Positions 30,523 through 37,280 of a stretch of 37,280 nucleotides of DNA are shown piece after piece (position 1 is the first letter of the stretch; the number at the start of each line of letters is the position of its first letter). The position numbers and the translations under genes were made by a program. The notes beneath the pieces were generated by a model. It did not search any database. It was not told the DNA's origin and saw only the letters and a program-made list of their open reading frames with translations. The DNA comes from an uncultured Oscillospiraceae bacterium (GTDB lineage: Bacteria > Bacillota > Clostridia > UMGS1840): assembly GCA_964410755.1 (NCBI GenBank), contig CAYPIJ010000002.1, forward strand, positions 1-37,280, written 5' to 3'.

Positions 30523-30551
30523 TTTGTGTGAGACTTTAGAAAGGAGTTAGT

Positions 30552-30710
30552 ATGTTGTCGGTCGACAAAAGAAAAATTTTTTTACAAAAGGTACACAATA
30601 AAAAATCAACTCTGGCAAATGAATCCAATAAACATGGATACTTTTTGGAAGTTATTAAGAAAAAAATTTTGATAAAAAGGAATGACGTAAGTTATGAAAC
30701 CAATTTTTGA
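30552..30710 (+). CDS. Hypothetical 52-aa basic small protein (MLSVDKRKIFLQKVHNKKSTLANESNKHGYFLEVIKKKILIKRNDVSYETNF)
   Basis: GAAAGGAG lies 5 nt upstream of the ATG. The 3' end overlaps the next gene start by 17 nt. It is under 60 aa, so it is absent from the track. I recognise no family. Confidence 0.3.
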   Translation: MLSVDKRKIFLQKVHNKKSTLANESNKHGYFLEVIKKKILIKRNDVSYETNF

Positions 30711-31158
30711 ATTGAAAGGAACTTTTGGACAACTTTATATTTATAACGACAAAATAGTGATTGAAAGAAAAGGATTTAAATCATTTATATTGTATGGAAT
30801 GAAAAGCAGAAAGACTATCCCCATTCGTTTGATAACTTCTATAAAATTTAAGGCTGTAGGAAAAGTAACAAATGGTTATATTCAATTTGGTACGTTGGGA
30901 AGCGTTGAAAGTGGTGGTGGGATATTAACAACTCTATCTAATGAAAATACAATAGTTGTTGAAAGAAAAAACGCAGAAATAGCCGAAAAAATAAAACTAT
31001 ATTTGGAAAATAAAATATCCGAAAATTCAAAAACATCACAAGAAAAAGTGTGCATGAATAATATTGATGAACTAAAAAAATTTAAAGAATTGCTTGACAG
31101 TGGAATTATAACACAAAATGAATTTAACGAAAAGAAAAAGCAGTTACTGAGGCTATAA
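30694..31158 (+). CDS. Bacterial PH-like domain protein with C-terminal SHOCT domain
   Basis: The C-terminus IDELKKFKELLDSGIITQNEFNEKKKQLL is a typical SHOCT motif. The N-terminal approximately 100 aa resemble bPH/DUF4429-like modules (GQLYIYNDKIVIERKG...NGYIQF). Confidence 0.75.
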   Translation: MKPIFELKGTFGQLYIYNDKIVIERKGFKSFILYGMKSRKTIPIRLITSIKFKAVGKVTNGYIQFGTLGSVESGGGILTTLSNENTIVVERKNAEIAEKIKLYLENKISENSKTSQEKVCMNNIDELKKFKELLDSGIITQNEFNEKKKQLLRL

Positions 31159-31200
31159 AGTCTTATTTTGAGAAAAGTAATGACTTTTAGCTTTCAAAAA

Positions 31201-31239
31201 CCGCATACCACCTAAAAAGTGATATGCGGATTTTCTTTT
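31201..31239. terminator. Bidirectional terminator between the convergent PH-SHOCT and deoR genes
   Basis: CCGCATA (31201-07) pairs with TATGCGG (31223-29). It is flanked by AAAAA on the left and ATTTTCTTTT on the right. Confidence 0.55.
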
Positions 31240-31267
31240 AGCGTTCTATTTTCAATTACTTTTTGTT

Positions 31268-31981
31268 TTACTCGAAAATCAAATTTTCATTACAAATAAT
31301 TTGGTCAATATCGTTTTTATCGCACAGTTTAAAAAGTTTTTTATTGCCGAATTTTGAATAGTCGCATAAAAATATTTTTTTCTCGGCTCTTTTTATCATA
31401 GTTTTTCTGATTGTAGTTTCTTCTTCAGAAGAATCGGTAATTTCTCCGTCTTTGGAAACGGCTTGACTTGAAAAAAAGAGCAAATCGGCATTTATGCAAT
31501 TTAAAAATTCATTACAGCCTTCACCAACAAAAACCTTATTTTTTTCGCTGTATTTTCCGCCTGTACAAAACAATTCATAGCCACAGCCCTCAAGCTCGGA
31601 AAGAACTTGCAAGCTATTTGTTATAATCTTTAAATTTTTAAAATTTTTCATATATTTACACATTCTCCCCACAGTGGAAGAAGAATCCATTACAATCGAA
31701 GCACCGTCAAAAATAAAGCTTACCGCTTTTTTTGCAATTATATCTTTTTCATGGATATTTTTCTTGTTGCGAAAATCCACGGGCGGATCTTCATTTTTGT
31801 ATTTCGACAACACAACACCACCGTAAACAATACTGACGTAACCGCTTTTTTCAAGCATGGCTAAATCTCTTCTGACAGAAGATTCACTTGAATAAATCCT
31901 TTTTGCAAGTGATTTTACCGTTGAAGTTTTTTCTTCATTTAAAATTTTCAATATTTCTTGTTGTCTTTCATATCTTATCAT
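31268..31981 (-). CDS. DeoR/GlpR family transcriptional regulator
   Basis: N-terminal HTH (RQQEILKIL...TVKSLAKRIYSSESSVRRDLAMLEK) plus a DeoR C-terminal sugar-phosphate sensor domain. Length 237 aa. Confidence 0.88.
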   Translation of the reverse strand: MIRYERQQEILKILNEEKTSTVKSLAKRIYSSESSVRRDLAMLEKSGYVSIVYGGVVLSKYKNEDPPVDFRNKKNIHEKDIIAKKAVSFIFDGASIVMDSSSTVGRMCKYMKNFKNLKIITNSLQVLSELEGCGYELFCTGGKYSEKNKVFVGEGCNEFLNCINADLLFFSSQAVSKDGEITDSSEEETTIRKTMIKRAEKKIFLCDYSKFGNKKLFKLCDKNDIDQIICNENLIFE

Positions 31982-32029
31982 ATCAACACCTCACGTTTTT
32001 GAAAAAGTTTGAAAAAATCCGATATTAAT

Positions 32030-32046
32030 TTATCAATATTTGATAA
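32030..32046. promoter_or_regulatory. Perfect palindrome TTATCAA-TAT-TTGATAA (candidate operator)
   Basis: A 7+3+7 palindrome in the deoR / gpsA-like divergent intergenic region, 24 bp upstream of the TTGACA -35. Confidence 0.3.
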
Positions 32047-32069
32047 TCTACCATAATTACAGTCCTACA

Positions 32070-32098
32070 TTGACAATTAAGTCAAAAGGCTGTATAAT
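32070..32098 (+). promoter_or_regulatory. Consensus sigma-A promoter of the GpsA-like gene
   Basis: TTGACA (32070-75), a 17-nt spacer ending in TG, then TATAAT (32093-98). Confidence 0.6.
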
Positions 32099-32171
32099 AT
32101 TAATTATACTCACATTTTCAAATAATGTCAAGTATTTTCAAAAAATATCAAAAATAAGGAGAAAAACAACG

Positions 32172-33221
32172 ATGGCAATTGTAACAATTATAGGTTCGGG
32201 TATGATGGGCTCGGCACTTGCTTTTCCGGCAAGAGAAAACGGTCACGAGGTAAGACTTGTGGGAACGCATTTAGACAGAGAAATAATCGGCAACTGTAAA
32301 AAGCACAATAGACACCCGAAATTTAACAAAGATTTCCCAAAAGGCATAAAATTTTACCAAATTGAAGAAGTAAAAGAAGCAATAGAAAATTCCGATGTGA
32401 TTATAGGCGGTATAAGCAGTTTTGGTGTGGATTGGTTCGGAGATACCATTATTCCCATTATACCCGAAAATATTCCCATTTTAACGGTTACAAAGGGGTT
32501 AATGAATACTTCCGACGGAAAGCTCATTACATATCTTGATTTATGGAATGAAAAAGCAAAACAGTTGGGAAAAAATCTCAATTTCAATGCTGTCGGCGGT
32601 CCTTGTACAAGCTACGAGCTTGTTGCTCACGACCAAACAGAGGTAACGTTTTGCGGTAAAGACTTAAACACATTGAAAAAGCTTAAAGAAATAATGGCTA
32701 CAAGCTATTACCATATAAGCTTAACAACGGACATAACAGGAATTGAAAGTGCCGTTGCACTAAAAAACGGTTACGCTTTGGGGATAGCCTTAACTGTAGG
32801 AATCAATCAAAAAGAATTCGGTATTGACAGTGAGCTTCACTATAATTCCCAAGCAGGTATATTCGGTCAAGCTTTAAAGGAAATGTACCAACTTTTGGAA
32901 TTTCAAAATGCACTTACTTTAAACAATTTAAAGGTTGGAATCGGTGACTTATACGTTACTGTTTACGGTGGCAGAACTCGTCTCGTGGGCATACTTTTGG
33001 GCAGAGGGCTTAATATTGACGAAGCAAAAGAAGAACTTAGCGGAGTAACATTGGAATCCCTTGTTGTTGCCGAAAGAGTTGCAAAGGCAGTTATATACAA
33101 TTCGGAAAAAGGCATACTCAACATTGACGATTTCCCTCTTTTAATGCACATAAACGATATTTTAACAAAAAAAGATCCTGTAAATATCCCCTGGAAAAAA
33201 TTCACCTACATTGAAGAATAA
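32172..33221 (+). CDS. NAD(P)H-dependent glycerol-3-phosphate dehydrogenase family protein (divergent GpsA-like); start re-called to ATG at 32172
   Basis: Rossmann motif IIGSGMMGSALAF at the N-terminus, and later GGPCTSYEL and GIESAVALKNGYALG resemble GpsA motifs. AGGAG RBS. The tracked start at 32040 would read through the promoter. Confidence 0.75.
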   Translation: MAIVTIIGSGMMGSALAFPARENGHEVRLVGTHLDREIIGNCKKHNRHPKFNKDFPKGIKFYQIEEVKEAIENSDVIIGGISSFGVDWFGDTIIPIIPENIPILTVTKGLMNTSDGKLITYLDLWNEKAKQLGKNLNFNAVGGPCTSYELVAHDQTEVTFCGKDLNTLKKLKEIMATSYYHISLTTDITGIESAVALKNGYALGIALTVGINQKEFGIDSELHYNSQAGIFGQALKEMYQLLEFQNALTLNNLKVGIGDLYVTVYGGRTRLVGILLGRGLNIDEAKEELSGVTLESLVVAERVAKAVIYNSEKGILNIDDFPLLMHINDILTKKDPVNIPWKKFTYIEE

Positions 33222-33225
33222 AATT

Positions 33226-33254
33226 AAGAGACCCGAAAAATCGGGTCTCTTTTT
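33226..33254. terminator. Bidirectional terminator between the GpsA-like and araC-family genes
   Basis: AAGAGACCCGA-AAAA-TCGGGTCTCTT (11 bp) followed by a T-run. The T-run overlaps the stop codon of the AraC-family gene. Confidence 0.8.
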
Positions 33255-34116
33255 AAATTTTTGTACTTTTTCTATACATGCTCGGTGTACAGCCACGATA
33301 TTTTCCAAAGGTTTCGGTGAAATATGCAACGGAAGAAAAGCCCACATCGTAAGCTATTTCGGTTATGGATTTTTCCGTTGTGAGAAGCATTTTTTCCGCA
33401 TGACCTATTCTTACGAAATTGAGATAATTTATAAAGGTTGTATTCACGGCTTTTTTGAAAATTCTGCAAAAATGGGACTTATCCACATTTAAAATTTTGC
33501 TTACCTCACAAAGAGAAATATTTTCCGAAAAATGCTTGTTTATATAATCCAAAGCAGGTGTGATTTTTTCAATATTTTCGGCTTTGAAAAAGCTTTCGGG
33601 ATTTTTTAAAATATTGTTTCTGTAAAGAACCGCCAATATTTGGTATACATAGGCTTTTATAAAGGCTTCGTAGGAATTGTCAAGGTTGTTATACTCAAGC
33701 ATTATTTTTTCAATGCAAGCCTTTATTTCTTCATTTTCTTTCGTTCCGTTTTTAAACAAAACAGCATCGTTTTTCAAATTTTTGTCAAAATTTAAAATAT
33801 AATCGGTAGTCGTAAAATCCCCCAAAGTTACGTTGAGTCCGAATTGCAAAAGAAAAAAATTGGAATCCTTATAAATATAGGTTTTATGAGGAATTTTACT
33901 GTTTAAAAACATAATATCCCCCTCGTTAATGTTATAAACTTTATTTTCCACGTAACACTCTTTTTTTCCTTTTTTTAGCATAAAAATTTCAAAAGCATCG
34001 TGTATATGCCAATCGCACAAATCATCTTTTTTTGTATTTTCTTTGGGATTACGAATTTTTATGGATGTATTTGAAAATGTCGGATATATAAGCTCGGTTC
34101 TCATAAGTTTTTTCAC
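33253..34116 (-). CDS. AraC family transcriptional regulator (cupin sensor + HTH)
   Basis: N-terminal cupin-like region (WHIHDAFEIFML...) and a C-terminal AraC HTH (SHFCRIFKK...ITEIAYDVGFSSVAYFTETF). Confidence 0.88.
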   Translation of the reverse strand: MKKLMRTELIYPTFSNTSIKIRNPKENTKKDDLCDWHIHDAFEIFMLKKGKKECYVENKVYNINEGDIMFLNSKIPHKTYIYKDSNFFLLQFGLNVTLGDFTTTDYILNFDKNLKNDAVLFKNGTKENEEIKACIEKIMLEYNNLDNSYEAFIKAYVYQILAVLYRNNILKNPESFFKAENIEKITPALDYINKHFSENISLCEVSKILNVDKSHFCRIFKKAVNTTFINYLNFVRIGHAEKMLLTTEKSITEIAYDVGFSSVAYFTETFGKYRGCTPSMYRKSTKI

Positions 34117-34231
34117 CTCAATATCAATATTGTTATAAAATCAGACAAAATAAATATATACATATTTTAAATTTAGGTTTATAATTATAGTATAACATAA
34201 AAAAATTATAAAATCAAGAGGAGAAATAAAA

Positions 34232-36796
34232 ATGAAAGAAAATTTTGCACGATACGTTTCCGCTGAGGGGATGGTGCTTTTGGAAAACAATGAAAATGTT
34301 TTGCCTTTAAAAAAAGACGATACAATCGCTTTTGTGGGCAAAGGAATATTTGAATATCATAAGGGCGGTTTGGGTTCTGCCGATGTCTTTAGCAAATATG
34401 TTGTAAATATCGTTGACGGTATGAAAGAAAAAGACATCAGTTTGCTTGAAAGTTCTTTTGAAAAAAAAGAAGAATACAGCCTTGATATTTTAAATGAATA
34501 TGCAAAAAAATCCAACATTGCACTTGTTGGAATATCTCGTTTATCGTCTGAAGGCGGTGACAGAGAAATAAGCGACTACTATTTAAGCAAGGAAGAATCC
34601 GCACTTTTTGACAATTTGGATAATTCCGATTTTGAAAACGTGGTTGTTGTTCTTAATATTGGCAGTCTTATTGATGTTGCATCTGTAAAAAAACATAAAA
34701 AAGTAAAATCCATACTTATTGTTTGGCAACCGGGTATGGACGGCGGAAATGCCGTTGCAGACATTTTGTGCGGTGATGTTACTCCATGCGGTAAGCTTAC
34801 AGACACAATAGCCTTTGACTACTACGACTACCCATCAGCAAATCACTTTGACGAATCGGACGATTATGTATATTACTGCGAGGATATATTTGTCGGATAC
34901 AGATATTTTGAAACATTTGCAAAAGAGAAAGTATTATACCCATTCGGATACGGACTTTCCTACACAAATTTCAAAAAAGAAATCGTTTCATTCAGTGCAA
35001 ACGAAGAAAAAATCACTGCTGAAATTAAGGTTACAAACATCGGCAATTGCAAAGGAAAAGACGTTGTTCAAATGTATTTTTCTTCACCTAAGGGCGAAGT
35101 TTTGAAATCGGCAATTGAACTTTGTGCATATAAAAAGACAAATGACATATCACCGAATGAAAGTGAAATTGTAAAAATTGAATTTAAAACAAATGATATG
35201 GCATATTTCAACGAAAAAACAGCAGCCTACACTTTGGATAAGGGAGAATATAATATATATATCGGTTCCGATGCTCGTAATCTCACATTGTGTGGTACAT
35301 ACACAGTGAAAGAAAACAAAATAACAGAGCAATGCACACTTAAATTTACAAAAGGCTTGCCATATAGAATAAATTCAGAGGGAAAATTTGAAGAAACAAA
35401 TATTTTCAATATTGCAAAAGACAACGGCAACAAAAAAGATGAACCAAACCTCGACAGCGAAAAAGCCGAAACAAAACAGTACACACTTTACGATGTTGAA
35501 GAAGGAAAAATCAGTCTTTCTGAATTTATATCCACACTTTCCGACGACCAACTTATTGACACGGCACAAGGTCAACCACCTGCTTTCCCGAGAGGGACAG
35601 CCGGTATAGGTAATCTTCCGAAGCTCGGAATTGCAAATCCCCAAACGGCAGACGGTCCCGCAGGCGTAAGAAGATCGAAACCCACAACCTGTTTCCCCTG
35701 TGCTACCCTTTTGGCTTGCACATGGAACGAAGAAATTCTTGAACAAATCGGTGCGGTTATGGGTGAAGAATGTATTGAAAACGGAGTTGATATTTTACTT
35801 GCACCGGGTCTTAACATTCACAGAAACCCCTTATGCGGAAGAAATTTTGAATACTATTCCGAAGACCCGCTTATTTCTGGAAAAACCGCTTCTGCAATTG
35901 TAAAAGGTATTCAATCAAAAGGAATAGGTGCAACAATTAAGCATTTTGCTTTTAACAACAGAGAAAAAAACAGAGGTCATTGTAGCAGTGAAATAAGCGA
36001 AAGAGCTGTAAGAGAAATTTATTTAAAAGGTTTTGAAATTGCCGTAAAGGAAAGCCAGCCTTGGTGCTTAATGACTTCCTACAATAAAATCAACGGAACT
36101 CACACATCTGCCAGTTACAATCTTATAAGCGGTGTATTGAGAGGCGAATGGGGCTATGACGGAATGGTTATGACAGACTGGCTGGTTGATTCACATTTAT
36201 GGGAAGAAATTCTTGCGGGAAATAATGTAAAAATGCCCTTTGCTTCTGAAGAAATAGCGAAAGCAAAAGACTTTTTCAAATATAAAACCAATTCAAGAAC
36301 AATCCTTGAAAAAAATGCTTACTATATTTTAAAATTGGTAATGAAAACAAGAAGATTTAAAGAGAAAAATTTCGGAACATTACACAAAGTTGACAGCTCC
36401 GTTATTAAAGCAACAGATTTTACAGAAGTTTCACACATGCTGGCAGGTAGTAGCATTTTTGCTGACAACGAGGAATATTTACATGGTATCGGACTTCAAT
36501 GGGGTAACCCTGCCTTTATAACATACCGCATTTGTTCGGATAACGGTGGAAAATATCGCATTAATATGAAATTGTCCTGTGCTTATGAGGGAATTAGTAT
36601 TGGCTTAAATATTGATGGAAACAATGCTTGTGAAATTCCGGTTGAAGTGCCCGAATACAATCTTGAAAAGCCTTTTACAATACAATATGATGGTATCGAG
36701 CTTGAAAAAGGCGAACACGAAATGAAATTATTCATAAACGGAAGTAAAGACAGCGAAAGCATATATTTAAGCAAAATATTCTTTGAAAAACTTTAA
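34232..36796 (+). CDS. Glycoside hydrolase family 3 (beta-glucosidase/xylosidase-like), domain-permuted, with a C-terminal CBM-like module; no signal peptide
   Basis: The N-terminal part carries GH3 C-domain motifs (VLPLKK..IAFVG, SSEGGDRE, GNAVADILCGDVTPCGKL). An Fn3-like segment follows (PFGYGLSYTNF...VVQMYF). Then come GH3 catalytic-domain motifs (DGPAGVR, KHFAFNN, GMVMTDW). Confidence 0.9.
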   Translation: MKENFARYVSAEGMVLLENNENVLPLKKDDTIAFVGKGIFEYHKGGLGSADVFSKYVVNIVDGMKEKDISLLESSFEKKEEYSLDILNEYAKKSNIALVGISRLSSEGGDREISDYYLSKEESALFDNLDNSDFENVVVVLNIGSLIDVASVKKHKKVKSILIVWQPGMDGGNAVADILCGDVTPCGKLTDTIAFDYYDYPSANHFDESDDYVYYCEDIFVGYRYFETFAKEKVLYPFGYGLSYTNFKKEIVSFSANEEKITAEIKVTNIGNCKGKDVVQMYFSSPKGEVLKSAIELCAYKKTNDISPNESEIVKIEFKTNDMAYFNEKTAAYTLDKGEYNIYIGSDARNLTLCGTYTVKENKITEQCTLKFTKGLPYRINSEGKFEETNIFNIAKDNGNKKDEPNLDSEKAETKQYTLYDVEEGKISLSEFISTLSDDQLIDTAQGQPPAFPRGTAGIGNLPKLGIANPQTADGPAGVRRSKPTTCFPCATLLACTWNEEILEQIGAVMGEECIENGVDILLAPGLNIHRNPLCGRNFEYYSEDPLISGKTASAIVKGIQSKGIGATIKHFAFNNREKNRGHCSSEISERAVREIYLKGFEIAVKESQPWCLMTSYNKINGTHTSASYNLISGVLRGEWGYDGMVMTDWLVDSHLWEEILAGNNVKMPFASEEIAKAKDFFKYKTNSRTILEKNAYYILKLVMKTRRFKEKNFGTLHKVDSSVIKATDFTEVSHMLAGSSIFADNEEYLHGIGLQWGNPAFITYRICSDNGGKYRINMKLSCAYEGISIGLNIDGNNACEIPVEVPEYNLEKPFTIQYDGIELEKGEHEMKLFINGSKDSESIYLSKIFFEKL

Positions 36797-36813
36797 AAAT
36801 TAACATAAAAAAG

Positions 36814-36845
36814 GGATTGCCGAAAAAAGCAATCCCTTTTTTTAA
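36814..36845. terminator. Bidirectional terminator between GH3 and glmU
   Basis: AGGGATTGC-CGAAAAAA-GCAATCCCT, flanked by an A-run and a T-run. Confidence 0.8.
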
Positions 36846-36851
36846 TAAAAT

Positions 36852-37280
36852 TTATCTGTCCTTGTTCCAATTTTCCTTATTTGTCTGTCTTTCTCGTGCT
36901 ATTGCAAGAGCATTTTCGGGAACATCGTCGGTTATGGTAGAACCTGCTGCCGTAAAGGCATTTTTGCCTACCTTAACGGGAGAAACAAGGTTTGTATTGC
37001 AACCTATAAAAGCGTTATCTTCAATAACGGTTCTGTGCTTTTTCTTTCCGTCGTAATTTACCACAACAGTACCGCAACCGAAATTAATATTTTTTCCGAC
37101 GTCGGCATCACCCACATAGGTAAGATGTGCAAGCTTTGTACCGTCGTCGATATTGGAATTTTTTATTTCCACAAAATCACCGATTTTAACTTTTCTGCCA
37201 ACAACGCAATCGGGACGAATATAGGCAAAGGGTCCCACATTTGTTTCTTCCCCTATTGTACTTTTGGTAATAACGGAGTG
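36852..37280 (-). CDS. glmU: Bifunctional GlcNAc-1-P uridyltransferase / GlcN-1-P acetyltransferase, C-terminal part (5' end outside the window)
   Basis: Left-handed beta-helix hexapeptide region with [33 protein letters not shown] and ARERQ. The frame stays open upstream to 37280. Confidence 0.9.
   Translation of the reverse strand, partial: HSVITKSTIGEETNVGPFAYIRPDCVVGRKVKIGDFVEIKNSNIDDGTKLAHLTYVGDADVGKNINFGCGTVVVNYDGKKKHRTVIEDNAFIGCNTNLVSPVKVGKNAFTAAGSTITDDVPENALAIARERQTNKENWNKDR

Noticed and set aside
32040-32171. An upstream extension of the GpsA-like ORF
   Set aside because: It would be translated through the consensus promoter and begins with a non-ATG start. The Rossmann GxGxxG motif belongs at the extreme N-terminus, which matches the ATG at 32172 with its AGGAG RBS.

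Overview
This is an AT-rich window with a Firmicutes/Clostridia-like gene order, and most of it is core genome. (1) Positions 210-15733 on the minus strand hold one tightly packed co-directional array. It comprises the classic rimP-nusA-ylxR-ylxQ-infB-rbfA-nrnA-truB-ribF block, then pgeF, an orphan family-5 solute-binding lipoprotein, ddl, murI, a DUF1934 gene, argS and an S41 C-terminal processing peptidase. (2) Positions 15918-29829 on the plus strand start with a consensus promoter, a ZTP (pfl-motif) riboswitch and an overlapping intrinsic terminator. These sit ahead of an 11-gene purine/one-carbon operon: purE, a PurF lacking the Cys1 nucleophile, purM, purN, a PurO-type IMP cyclohydrolase, an AICARFT-only PurH, purD, a large fused PurL, fhs, an ECF-S-like membrane protein and an Mrp/NBP35 Fe-S carrier. 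A 56-aa clostridial 2x[4Fe-4S] ferredoxin follows; it is missing from the ORF track because it is under 60 aa. (3) Positions 30.2-36.8 kb look accessory. They contain a promoter-to-terminator unit of about 225 nt with no credible ORF and a 19-bp long-range helix, which I treat as a candidate structured RNA or leader. Directly behind it lie a 52-aa small ORF and a PH-like/SHOCT protein, then a DeoR regulator divergent from a GpsA-like dehydrogenase, then an AraC regulator divergent from a domain-permuted cytoplasmic GH3 glycosidase. The window ends inside glmU on the minus strand. I saw no rRNA, tRNA, CRISPR array, transposase or integrase. The most unusual items are the candidate RNA at 30295-30521 and the nucleophile-less PurF. 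All family calls rest on motif recognition by eye, because no searches could be run.
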